64,000 nucleotides of DNA from assembly GCA_963674595.2 (NCBI GenBank), contig CAXXFV010000026.1, positions 1-64,000 of the forward strand. The letters run 5' to 3'. Source of the DNA: a bacterium. Its GTDB lineage: Bacteria > Zhuqueibacterota > Zhuqueibacteria > Residuimicrobiales > Krinioviventaceae. The notes under the pieces were generated by a model. That model ran no database searches. It was not told the DNA's origin and saw only the letters and a program-made list of their open reading frames with translations. A program made the translations under genes and the position numbers. The first letter of the stretch is position 1; every line of letters begins with the position of its first letter. Shown here piece by piece: positions 53,331 through 64,000 of the stretch.

Positions 53331-53755
53331 TGGAAGCAATTCGAATAGATTATATCGACGGCGGCATACTGCAAACGATTACGTTTGATCATTTTGAATT
53401 TGAGACATTGATTGAAAAAGAAAAACAAAAGTCTGAAGTTCAATGGCTGCAAGACAATTCGCCTGTTTTAACCTACACAAGTGTGCGATGGAAAGAGTTC
53501 AAGCTTGTTTTGCAGGCAAAATACAGCTATACCTCAACACAAATTGAAATTTTGCGGGCCGTTGATACGGTGCTGTATTTTTATTATGATTATGTAAAAA
53601 ATCCGAAAATGATGATTCCGGTCAAAGTTTTACCGGACACGCCGACCTATTTTTTTGGCGGTGATAAGGACGCGGAACCGCGTTTGGTTCTGGACTTGAT
53701 AGAAACAACGGGTAATAAGACCTTTACATTTGAATCACAACCACTTGGAAGGTAA
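53330..53755 (+). CDS. Distal-tail-like paralogue
   Basis: Shares the IRI...D..L.FYY.Y...P pattern with 49273-49674. Confidence 0.5.
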   Translation: MEAIRIDYIDGGILQTITFDHFEFETLIEKEKQKSEVQWLQDNSPVLTYTSVRWKEFKLVLQAKYSYTSTQIEILRAVDTVLYFYYDYVKNPKMMIPVKVLPDTPTYFFGGDKDAEPRLVLDLIETTGNKTFTFESQPLGR

Positions 53756-53758
53756 AAT

Positions 53759-54025
53759 ATGGCTATATGGAGCAAAAATGATATGATCATTACAATAAGA
53801 GATGCAACAACCGGCGAACTGGACACAGGGACCTATGCTATAAAATATCAACCTGTGGACCAGCCCTATGATACCGGCGCTATAACGGCTTCTCAATTGC
53901 CGTCGTTATCCAATTACAAACCCGACGAAGACGGTAATACGGAACAGGCTTATGATATTTATAAAGACGGCACAAAAATCGGGCGGATATGGGGCCCGGA
54001 TTTGCTGCCGGATATAGGCGTCTGA
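53759..54025 (+). CDS. Small hypothetical phage protein
   Basis: Intact, coupled ORF. Confidence 0.6.
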   Translation: MAIWSKNDMIITIRDATTGELDTGTYAIKYQPVDQPYDTGAITASQLPSLSNYKPDEDGNTEQAYDIYKDGTKIGRIWGPDLLPDIGV

Positions 54026-54040
54026 TAAATTTGTAAATAA

Positions 54041-54103
54041 CGGTCATCGTGAAACATCGAGCCGGATGTATCAATAAAGTTTTTGATATGTCCGGCTTTT
54101 TTT
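54041..54103 (+). terminator. Terminator with overlapping conserved 5' motif (copy 2)
   Basis: CGGTCATCGTGAAACATCGAGCCGG, hairpin closing TCCGGCT plus a T-tract. Confidence 0.7.
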
Positions 54104-54121
54104 ATTTTGAAAGGATTGGAA

Positions 54122-57100
54122 ATGAAAAAAATAATAATCGCTTTACTGCTGTTGTTATCTTCGGTTGCTATAGGTCAGGTCACCTATAAGCACAATGCCG
54201 GTAAATACGGTCAGGTATGGTATGATGCTGAGTATGAAAAAAGTCATGCAACCATTGCCGGTTATGACTCCAGTTCTATTGTGTTGTTGAAAAATGACGG
54301 ATACTGGGCGGTTTCCATATATGATAATGAAGGCGTTAAGGTGTTTGGTGTTGACTCGACCATGGACATGGGGATTGTCAACGCACTGAACTATATGACA
54401 ACCGCCGGATATCCTGTAAACGATATCCTCTTTCCCCAGGACATACAAAACTGGAGCATCAACTCCCTTAAAGGCAGTGTAGGTTTGGATGTGAAAGGGT
54501 ATGAGGTGAAACATGAGCCGGCGGTGTTTGGGGGAACTTTAAACACAGTGAACTCTTGTTGTGCGCTGCCGGATGGAAATTTTATGATTGCCTATTCTGA
54601 TGTTGATAATTCAAGTTTTGGAACATTTGTGATTTACGATGCCGACAGCAACCTGGTTAAAGCGCCGTCGGTTTTTAATAGTGGAACAACAACTTATATT
54701 TCTGCGACTGCTTTGTCCAATGGTAATGTTTTAATTGCTTTTCGGGATGAAAGTAATTCAAACTATGGGACCTTTGTGATTTATGACTCACAGGGAAACC
54801 TTGTTAAAAGTCCGGCAGTGTTTACACAGGCTGCAGTACAAAGTAATGTTGCGAAAACATTAACAAACGGGCAGGTTTTAATTGCCTTTCGGGATTGTAA
54901 TAATTCTTATTATGGGACGTTTGTTATTTATGACGCTAAAGGCAATGAGGTGTGTGAACCTACCATTTTTGCGCAAACAGATGTAATTTATATTTCAGTG
55001 TCACCATTGACCGATGGAAATGTTCTGATAGCTTACAGAGATAACAATAATTCAAATCGTGGGACTTTTGTTATTGCAGGGCAAAATGGCAATATTGTAA
55101 AAACCGCTACTACTTTTTCAACAGGAGCTGTCTCACATATTTCTTCAACAACAAATAACAATGGGCATGTTTTAATTGCTTTTCGTGATGAAGCCAATTT
55201 AAATTATGGGACCCTTGTGATTTACGATTCACAGGGAAATTTGATTAAAAGTCCGACAGTGTTTGAGAGCGGGGCTTCTGCTTTTTTTACTGCAGCTACA
55301 TTGCCAGATGGTAATGCTCTGATTGCCTATAGTGATGAAGATAATAATGGTTATGGAACCTCTGTTATTTATGATGACATGGGAAATGAGATTCAAACTC
55401 CTGATGTTTTTTACTGAGGCTATGATAGGTTACACTTTTTGCTGTGTGTTAACCAATGGCAATTTTGTCATTTCTTATCTTGATTATGATAACTCAAACT
55501 ATGGGACTTTTGTCATATACGAAGGCAGTGGTGCGCATTTGAGTAAAGATTTACAGGTGGATGGAGAGGCATATTTAAATAGTGGGCTTTCTATCGGTGG
55601 AACCCCCTATAGTACTACAGTACCACCATCATACGGACTGATTGTTAAGGGCAAAGTAGGAATTGGCACGGATAAACCGGGAGAAAAATTGGAAGTAGTT
55701 GGTACTGCAAAAATTGGAGCAGATAGTACCCTACAGTGGTAATAGTATTTTATATGTGGTAAACACAGGGACTAGTCTTGAACCACCTATTGAAGGTGAG
55801 GTAATTACAGGTCATACATCAACTGTTCGAGATGTTCAGGTACTCCGGCGTACGAGTACGGGTGACATGGTGGATGGCTTTGGCGGTAGAATAGCGCTTG
55901 AAATTGAAGATAGTTCGGCTGTTGAAAATGGTATAGCCAAAATTGAATGGTCCAGAGATGGAGCGGATAATTCAGGAAAACTTGGTTTGGTAACAAAAAA
56001 TGCCGGGACATATAACACAGGATTAGTAATAAAATCATCCGGTAATGTTGGTGTCGGTACGACAATACCATCGGAAGATTTGGAAGTGGCCGATGTAAAT
56101 GCAAACGGGACCACAATTATTAAGATGATAGAAGACAATCCTGCAACGGTATCTATGGCAGCGCTTCGAACAGCCAATGACAATACCACTGGTTATGGCT
56201 GGTTTGGGACGGCTGGTACAGGTTATACAGTATTACCTGGATTGCAAGACAAGGCATTTATGCTGGCGGGTCCAAATACATCGGGAATAAATATCTACAC
56301 AGAAGGTACCGATGATCCGATTGTTTTTACCACCGATGATACCGAGGCCATGCGAATAAACGATGGCGGCAACGTTGGCATCGGCACTGCGTCTCCGTAT
56401 AGTTTGTTGCATTTATCCCAGGCTTCTGGAAATGCAATGTCCATTATTCAAACACAAACAAAAGCTGGTGATCCGATTTTACAGTTTAAAGATGGAGATG
56501 ATACGGATAACGACACCTATCAGTTTCAGGCACAGGGAAGCACCTTGAAACTGCGCTATGGTGCTGATATTGCTGCCGGGGCTCAGGCAGGCACTGATCT
56601 GATCTCTTTTTTATCAAACAAAAATGTCGGCATTGGGACGACAACGCCGAATGCAGAACTGGAAGTAGCCAATGCAGGTGTTACAACCATTAAAATTCAC
56701 GACAAAAGTGGAACCAGCAGAGGCGACATTGATTTTGATGACGAATCCTCTTCAAGAGGAACATTAAGATATGATTTTACGAGCGACAAATTTATATTTG
56801 TTAATGGTGGTTATGACAGGTTTGCGATTCAAAGTGATGGTAAAATAGGAATAGGTACAACGACACCTGAATATAAACTGGACATTGTGGGGGGAAGTGC
56901 AAGTATAGCAAGTAATTATGTTTTATGGTTAGGTGGCGCTAAATTATTTGAATCTGGAAATAACCTGTTTATTCGGCCTCAATCAGCTCAAACTTTGAAT
57001 ATACAGGGAGTTGGCGGTTATAATAATACAAATTTAAGTGTTAATGGCGGGCATTTATATATAGATGGTTCAAGCGGCTATGTAGGAATCGGTTCTTCTT

Positions 57101-59670
57101 CGCCAGCAGCAAATCTTCATGTTCAAAATGGAAATTCAACCGCAACACCGGATACAGGTGGAGACGATTTTGTTGTTGAAGGCACTGCTTCAGGCACAGG
57201 TATGAGTATTCTTGCAAATGATGATGATAATGTAAACCTGTATTGGGGATCACCGACAGACAGCCGTGGCGCCTATGCCAGATGGACCCATGATAACGAT
57301 CTTTTTACCGTTGGAACAGATAATTCAAATGCAGAAATACAATTTGTTGTTAACACTTCTGTTCCTGTTATGCGAATGGATAATGCCGGTCATGTCGGTA
57401 TCGGCACAGTGTCACCTGATAGAATGCTGCACATTTATGATAGTACGACCGCAAATTTGGAATTGGAAGGTAACGCCGGTAATTCTTATATATTCATGAA
57501 CTCTGGTACCGATGGGGCAGGTTGTGAGGGAAGTGATATTTATTTTCAGGACAATTCAAACACAATTTGGATTGCTGGAAAAACTTCTTTGAATGATTTT
57601 CAGATTTATGACAATGTCAGAGGAGCAGATGCAATGAGAATCAGAGATAACGGCGACATGACACTCATGGAAAACGGTGGTAATGTTGGTATCGGGACAA
57701 CGAATCCACAAGTATTATTGGATGTAAATGGCACAGCAAGAGTATATAGTTCAGCAGATGCACCACTATCTGTCCAATCAGCGGATGCGTGGACTGGCAT
57801 TAAATTCCAAGATCCAGATGGAAATAATGTCATTTATTATAAAGGCTCAACTGGTGCTTTTTCTATTGGTGGAAGCGGTGGTAATAATAACAGATTAAAT
57901 GTTTATGGAAATATGGCTGTTGGCACAAATTATTATGGCGTTTCAGCACCTAGTGAGGGGATGATAATTGAAGGCTCTGTCGGCATAGGCACATCGACGC
58001 CCGAATCCGGAACGGCTTTGGATGTTAAGGGACTCACCAAAACAGATTCCCTCCATGTTACCGGCGGCATAATCCTGCAGGAAACCGATTTTCAGGGAAA
58101 CTATGCTTCCAGCCTGCAAAATCTTCAGGACAACCAAATCGGTCCCTATTACTTTTTCGACGGTATTAACGATATAGCTACGGTCACGGATAATAGTGCT
58201 ATCGATTTTGGCACGGACGATTTTTCTATTGTAGCTCATTTTAATACATCGTCAAATGATAATTACAATACCATCGTCAGTAAAGGAACCTATGATACAT
58301 CACACCGATACTGGGCCGTAACAACACATGGCGGCAAACCGGGATTTTCTATGGGTGACAGTTCCACAGCCATCCAAAGCACTTTTACTGAGGGAACTTT
58401 GGTAAATGACGGCAACTGGCATACTGTGGTTATGGTTGTTGAAAGGAATACGGCCACGGATGTTGATATTAGCTGTTATATCGATGGAAAACAAAACGGG
58501 CAAACCAGAAATTTAACCATGACCGGTAACGGAAATGTGTCAAATTCTGATGACCTGCTCGTTGGCCGGTCTGTCGGCGGTGATTACTTTTTCGGTGATA
58601 TTGGTAAGGTGTTGCTGTTTAACCGAATATTGACTAATGATGAAATAAAATTCTATTCCAATCCGCTGGCCCAAACACAATATGCACATAAAGATGCCAT
58701 CGGCAATTATACCTATGAAAGCGATTTCAGCACCGGTGTTGATGGTTTCGCTTCTGCTCGGGGTACGGCTGCCGGAAATATAGATGATATTGGCGGACAA
58801 AATGATAATTTAAGGTTTACCGTTGATACAGATAACAACACCCATTATGTTTATAGGACAGGTACATTCAGTGTCGGTAAAGATGTCATTATAACATTTG
58901 ATTATTATATTCCGTCAGGACAAAGCCATGTCGATGGAATCAAATTTGGGGACGGATCGACATATTCCGATAACCAGACTGTTACAGATTCATGGACAAC
59001 AGCAACAATGACGATTAATAGCACAAAAAGCAATATCTTTTGGGTCCATGCCACTGACAATGGTCTGTTTACGTTTCAGGATACCGGCGGAGATGATGCT
59101 TTTTACATCAGAAATGTTAAAATAAAACATCCCGGTTGTGTTGCCGAATATGTGCCCCAAAACGCCAGTGCTGCCGCCTGGTATGACGCCGGCAGCAACA
59201 ACTTGGACGCTACAGTTTCCGGAGCCGCCATGGTTTCAGCGCCCAAACATTTGTTTGTTGACGGACTGGTGCATGCTGATTCTGTTTATACGGAAGGCGG
59301 CATTTCAGCACTCTATGTAACCGACCGGTGTAACTGGTTCGATGGTGATGCCCTGTCGCTTTTGATGAAACTGCAAAAAACTGTTGGTGCCCCCACAGGT
59401 CTTGATGGATTTACTTTTCTGGACCATACGACGCTTCCAAAAGGCGCCCGAAAAGAGAAAAAGACCAAGGTATGGAAAGCCAAAGTAACGGGAAAACACC
59501 CGGACCTTTATAAAGCCCCGACAAAAGACCTGGCTGCGGAATATTACCAAACTGAAGAAACCGACTATGGCCGCGACCTCGGTGACATGAATGCCCTGAA
59601 CTCCCGCGCCATTCAACAGCTTTATGAAATGGTGATGCAGTTGCAGAATAGTGAAAAGAATAAAAATTAG
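54122..59670 (+). CDS. Large tail-fibre/adhesin protein (signal peptide, beta-propeller repeats, GNVGIGT repeats, LamG domain, chaperone-like C-terminus); two frameshifts near 55410 and 55735
   Basis: MKKIIIALLLLLSSVAIG; about 6-7 GNVLIAFRD..N..YGTFVIYD repeats; many GNVGIGTT.P repeats; LamG motif NDGNWH..YIDG..F.GDI; RAIQQL coiled-coil end. Confidence 0.8.
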
Positions 59671-59676
59671 TTGAAG

Positions 59677-59701
59677 GTTGGGTTCTTTTTTTGAACCCAA
59701 C
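59677..59701. terminator. Hairpin at the end of the phage operon, between convergent genes
   Basis: GTTGGGTTC-loop-GAACCCAAC. Confidence 0.55.
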
Positions 59702-59802
59702 AATTATTTATCAAATTTTTATTTAGTTTAAATTTCAAATCAATATTATTTATCTTCATATTGCTTATTAGCTGGGTATTGAACAAGCACCCGGCTAAGC
59801 GC

Positions 59803-62082
59803 TTATTTAATTAAAAGCATTTTTTTGATTTTAATTATGTCATTAAACTGAATACGACATAAATATAATCCACTTGCAAATCCATCTGCATAAAATTCGA
59901 TCTCATAGTGACCGATTTGCACAAATTTATCTACTAACGTGGCAAGCAATTTTCCTTGCAAATCAAAAATATTCACTTTTACATGTCCCGATGAAGGAGC
60001 AATATAACTAATATAGGTAGATCGCTTAAACGGATTTGGATAATTTTGATATGCTATAAATTCCTTAGGTAATTTAATTATAAATGAAAATGTATCTGCA
60101 CTGGAAATATTGAAATAACTATCTGAAACAGAAACTGTCCAATAGTATTTTTCTTCAGGTACAATAATCTCCTTCCAGAAAAGATCATAGAAATTATTTG
60201 AAATATTTTCAATGGATATATTTTTTGAAGAATTATATATTTGTAAATTATATTTAAGTGAATCATTGTCTAAATCATAAGAATCTTCCCATATAAAATT
60301 AATATATTTAGAACTATACTGGATACTTTCATTATTAGGAGGATTAATTAAGTTAAAGTTCTTTGGCCGATTATTGAGTACATAAATTTGAAATTGAAAA
60401 GTATCCAAACTTGCAGTTTGAGAAAATTCATCATTTGCAATAGCTGTCCAATTGTATATTTCATCGAAATTTAAATTGTTTAACCAGTTGAAATTATAAT
60501 ATTCTTCAGAGATACCCATAATGGTTGTGTCTATCGTCGAGTTGAAAATTTTTAAACTATATTCTATTGAATCATTATCTAAATCAATGGATTCATCCCA
60601 ACTAAAATGAATAAAATCATCAAGGTTATCGAGTCTTTCTGAATCAAATGGACTAACAAGATTAAAGGTCTCAGGGAAATTATTATTTTTATATAACTGA
60701 AGCTCATCATTATATTTACTGCTTAATCCCAAATCGATGTCCCCATCCATGTCATAGTCTCCTACAATTATAAAATCTCCTCGAATTAAATTTTGTCCTA
60801 ACTCAAAGGCCCCATCGCCTTTATTTATTAGAATATATGAACCGAGTGAACCGGCAACTATAATATCAATATTTCCATCAGCATTAAAATCTGAAAAATT
60901 TAAATATGATAGAGTATAATTAGTATTAATACAGTCATATTTTATAAAACTGCCCTTTTTATCATTAATAAAGATAGTAACAGTTTTGTCGTTTTTGTTA
61001 GCAGCCGCTATGTCAATGTAACCGTCTTTATTTAAATCACAACTATTAATGGACAAATTGTATCCTACATCATTTAACTCTTGGTTATAAGAAAAATTAC
61101 CTAATCCATCATTTTTGAGTACAGTTAAAATATGTGCCCCATCAGAGATTGCGATATCCATATCAAAATCATTGTCAAAATCTCCAGTTGTTATAGACAT
61201 AGGCCAGCTTCCAACTTGAATATCTGAATTATAATTAAATACCCCTTTCCCATTATTCATCAATATCTCTAATTTGTTTTCATAGGCGTTTAATGTTGCT
61301 ATATCAAAGTCACCATCACCATTGAAATCAGTTAAAATGCTTGAAGTTGTCATATTTTTTATTGAAGAGACCTGCATAAATGTAAAATCGCCTGCATTTA
61401 TCCAAGACTGTGCCGCTCCCGATGCAAATATTAGTAAATCAATTTTATAATCCATGTTTAAATCTACTGGCATCAGGCTTACAGGATAACCAGAACCTAG
61501 GGAAAAACTTGTTTTCTGATAGTATTGTCCATTGGAAAGTCCAAAAATACCATATTCTTTAGTTTTCATATCTGGAATGAAAATTTCAATAGAGTTATTT
61601 CCATCAATATCAATACCACATACATCAGAGGATTCTATTGACTCTTGTTGGTTTTGTATTATCTCAAAAGTCTGTCCTTCAATGAATTGACTGTCTCCAC
61701 GTAATGCTTCAATATAAAATTGCCAAATCAAAGGTTTATGTAGTAACTGTCCATTTACAAACCTCAAGTTTTGACTTATGATAACAGTAATAATTTCACC
61801 TGGATTAAATTGAGTATCTGGTGTAAATTTTATAAGAGAGCCCGAATCTAATATTTCAAAACACCCCATTTTTCGCCCTGTTTGCGATCCATAAATAAAT
61901 ATAGTTTCATTATTTTCATAAGATGAATCTGGTTGTAAATCAAAACCAAAGATTATGTTTGAATTTATTGGAACATTTGTTTCATTTTGCTTTGGTGATA
62001 TATAGGCTAGAGTTTGTGAAATTGTTGTATTTGAAAAAAAGAAAATAAAAATGATTAAGAAATGTTGTTTATTAAAACTCAT
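59803..62082 (-). CDS. Secreted FG-GAP repeat protein with an N-terminal Ig-like domain and a T9SS-like C-terminal domain
   Basis: Signal peptide; DFNGDGDFD repeats; QNYPNPF...KKMLLIK. Confidence 0.88.
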   Translation of the reverse strand: MSFNKQHFLIIFIFFFSNTTISQTLAYISPKQNETNVPINSNIIFGFDLQPDSSYENNETIFIYGSQTGRKMGCFEILDSGSLIKFTPDTQFNPGEIITVIISQNLRFVNGQLLHKPLIWQFYIEALRGDSQFIEGQTFEIIQNQQESIESSDVCGIDIDGNNSIEIFIPDMKTKEYGIFGLSNGQYYQKTSFSLGSGYPVSLMPVDLNMDYKIDLLIFASGAAQSWINAGDFTFMQVSSIKNMTTSSILTDFNGDGDFDIATLNAYENKLEILMNNGKGVFNYNSDIQVGSWPMSITTGDFDNDFDMDIAISDGAHILTVLKNDGLGNFSYNQELNDVGYNLSINSCDLNKDGYIDIAAANKNDKTVTIFINDKKGSFIKYDCINTNYTLSYLNFSDFNADGNIDIIVAGSLGSYILINKGDGAFELGQNLIRGDFIIVGDYDMDGDIDLGLSSKYNDELQLYKNNNFPETFNLVSPFDSERLDNLDDFIHFSWDESIDLDNDSIEYSLKIFNSTIDTTIMGISEEYYNFNWLNNLNFDEIYNWTAIANDEFSQTASLDTFQFQIYVLNNRPKNFNLINPPNNESIQYSSKYINFIWEDSYDLDNDSLKYNLQIYNSSKNISIENISNNFYDLFWKEIIVPEEKYYWTVSVSDSYFNISSADTFSFIIKLPKEFIAYQNYPNPFKRSTYISYIAPSSGHVKVNIFDLQGKLLATLVDKFVQIGHYEIEFYADGFASGLYLCRIQFNDIIKIKKMLLIK

Positions 62083-62271
62083 TAATAATTACTCCAAAAA
62101 ATAGTCTCAGATGATAATTTTTTTTCTAATTGATTATGTAGATTCTGACCAAATAAGTTTAGTAGTCTAAATACAAAAATTTACCAGTTGCCGTTTTACC
62201 TTACCATTAACCATTTTTTAATTTGCACTTGCAACTGCGCACCGGAACCGGTTTCGGCACCTTAAAGTTAC

Positions 62272-62631
62272 TTACATCTTAATATCGTTATATGATTTAT
62301 AATGACTCTCGTAAATTTTAAAAATAGGAAAACCGTCAAAGTATTCCGGCACTTTGACAGGCTTCTTGCCGCGAGGAATAAAAACTTTGATACAATTAAG
62401 CGGACCCAACATGGGTGCCATTCCGCATTTTACCAATTCAATTCCATCCTGGTCACCATATAATTCAATAAACCTTTTTTCTACCTGTTTGAATATTTGC
62501 AAATGACGATCATTATACATATTGAGTTCCTGGCAAATAGCAATTTTATCTGATTCATTCAGGTTGTAATAATCTTGCACAGATAGATTGTCACTGTTAT
62601 ACTTTTTAAAATTAGACATATCGACGTTCAT
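62272..62631 (-). CDS. Hypothetical protein
   Basis: Intact 119-aa ORF. Confidence 0.6.
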   Translation of the reverse strand: MNVDMSNFKKYNSDNLSVQDYYNLNESDKIAICQELNMYNDRHLQIFKQVEKRFIELYGDQDGIELVKCGMAPMLGPLNCIKVFIPRGKKPVKVPEYFDGFPIFKIYESHYKSYNDIKM

Positions 62632-62669
62632 CTTTTAAAGGTTGCTGCTTTACAGCTCCATTTCATGAT

Positions 62670-63980
62670 TTATTTCACATATAACATTTTTATCATGCTG
62701 GAATAATCATCTGTTTCAAAGTGTGTAAAATATATACCGCTAGGTAAATTGTCCAAATTAATGATGTGTTCATATTCGCCACTTTCTTGAAACAATTTTA
62801 TATCATCTCTGACTTTGTGACCATTAATGTTATAAATCTTGATTGTTACAAGTGAAGCTTTAGATAGTTTATATTTTATTTTGGTCGTTTTGTTAAATGG
62901 ATTTGGATAATTTTGTGTTATTTGATATTCTAAGGGCTGATTAATATTTATGCTTGTAAATCCACAAATACAGAAGGAACCATCATTATCAATTTGTTTT
63001 AAACGATATTGATATTTTTTGTTTTTTATATCATTGTCCGTATAAGAATATTTCGAAGTTTGATTTGTTGTGCCACACCCTTGTATAAAGGCGATGGTTC
63101 GCCAATCTTCATTTCCTGCTTTTCTTTCAATTTCAAATCCATAATTATTTGATTCGCTGTTTGTTTCCCACTGCAAAATTATATGATCTTTATTTGTTTG
63201 CGCTTTGAAAAACAATAGCTCGACAGGCACAACATCATCAAGCAAAATCCATTCACTTTCAATAAAGGTATCCGGATTGTCAGTTTCCTGCGGATCAAAA
63301 ATCACAGCTTGGTTTTCATTTATGGAAATTTTTACAGGTTCTGTACTTGATGTGGTTTTCGAATACTCTATTTTTAGATAATATGGATTATTAACATTTA
63401 AACTGTCATATAATAGTATTCCGGAACTGTCAATACCGAAACTGGCCCAATAACAAATTTTATCGAGTTCGTGTTTATACCCTGAATTGTGAAAAGTCGG
63501 CTTTGAACCATCAATAAGCAGCGAATTATTTTTTTGTTTTGAACCTGCAAGCCACATTCTTTTCAAGTTTAAAACTCCTTCCGGTTGCCCGGCAGTGGTT
63601 AATGTTAAACAATTCAGGCTTGTGCTGTCACCCATTTGAGTCACTTGAAATTCCAATGGTGAATTAATTACTCCTGTTGCATGAAAACTAATTATCCCTT
63701 CCCGTTGAAGGTTATGGTTTGGTAGAATTAAAAGCTTAACGACAGCATCTCCGGTTCCGGTATCTGGAATTATTTTTACCCAATCGGGATAATAAAATTG
63801 CCAGGTGTTTTGGACCGAATCGTTTGAAGTTTTAAATAATGACGTGACCGGTTCAAATTTAACTGGCACTGGAAAATTCATTCCAGGTGAAGGAATTATG
63901 TTTTTTAATATATCCTTTATATAATCTATTACTACCTGGCGTTTTTTTTCATCGTTTCCTTTACGAACTTGTTTAACCAC
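62670..63980 (-). CDS. Surface protein with a BACON-like segment and T9SS-like C-terminal domain; 5' end uncertain at the window edge
   Basis: W....P..G.G....N....R.G.I (BACON-like); VPVEL..F...L.W.T.SE.NNYGFEIER; QNYPNPFN. Confidence 0.75.
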   Translation of the reverse strand: MVKQVRKGNDEKKRQVVIDYIKDILKNIIPSPGMNFPVPVKFEPVTSLFKTSNDSVQNTWQFYYPDWVKIIPDTGTGDAVVKLLILPNHNLQREGIISFHATGVINSPLEFQVTQMGDSTSLNCLTLTTAGQPEGVLNLKRMWLAGSKQKNNSLLIDGSKPTFHNSGYKHELDKICYWASFGIDSSGILLYDSLNVNNPYYLKIEYSKTTSSTEPVKISINENQAVIFDPQETDNPDTFIESEWILLDDVVPVELLFFKAQTNKDHIILQWETNSESNNYGFEIERKAGNEDWRTIAFIQGCGTTNQTSKYSYTDNDIKNKKYQYRLKQIDNDGSFCICGFTSININQPLEYQITQNYPNPFNKTTKIKYKLSKASLVTIKIYNINGHKVRDDIKLFQESGEYEHIINLDNLPSGIYFTHFETDDYSSMIKMLYVK

Positions 63981-64000
63981 AACAATCTGCTCTGCTGCAG

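Larger units (their letters stand above)
23281..59701 (+). mobile_element. Cryptic prophage or GTA-like siphoviral morphogenesis cluster with morons
   Basis: Colinear packaging, head, tail and fibre genes. No integrase, repressor or replication genes recognised. Confidence 0.85.

Noticed and set aside
42150-53755. Contractile injection system or tailocin
   Set aside because: No sheath or baseplate wedge genes were recognised, and terminase, portal and capsid genes are present.
1-64000. Reverse transcriptase, integrase, rRNA or tRNA genes
   Set aside because: No YxDD RT, tyrosine/serine recombinase motifs or structural RNA genes were recognised by eye.

Overview
Bacterial DNA, probably from an FCB-superphylum lineage such as KSB1 or Calditrichota. 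This is an inference from several secreted proteins carrying the 'QNYPNPFNP...KKMxLxK' FlgD-Ig/T9SS-like C-terminal domain. Host genes occupy both ends. Bases 1-9.7 kb hold two tandem FISUMP (Fib_succ_major) proteins, an FG-GAP/ASPIC protein, a USP and a TauE/SafE exporter; bases 59.8-64 kb hold FG-GAP and BACON surface proteins. Bases ~9.9-23.6 kb are a diverged tandem duplication of a scaffold (REP cluster, promoter plus structured leader, variable AT-rich cargo, 50-bp motif, promoter plus terminator, lysis genes). The two copies carry unrelated defence-like cargo: nucleotidyltransferases, HNH, a 2TM protein plus methyltransferase in copy 1, and a GHMP kinase plus EEP, a pentapeptide protein and a TIGR04255 triad in copy 2. 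Bases ~23.6-59.7 kb are a near-complete siphovirus-like morphogenesis operon (terS, terL, portal, GT9 plus methyltransferase, protease/scaffold, capsid, neck, tail tube, frameshifting chaperone, tape measure, tail tip, fibre). I found no integrase, repressor or replication genes. The operon is interrupted by morons and an IS3. The most unusual signals are: (1) a repeated RNA motif overlapping terminators inside the late operon; (2) a shared in-register N-terminal tag on three proteins encoded between portal and protease; (3) a tail fibre starting with a Sec-type signal peptide; (4) DGR-like NNY hypervariation at the FISUMP C-termini with no RT in view; and (5) the duplicated leader/cargo scaffold. 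Many frameshifts fall in homopolymer runs and may be sequencing errors. All calls come from reading motifs by eye; no database searches were run.
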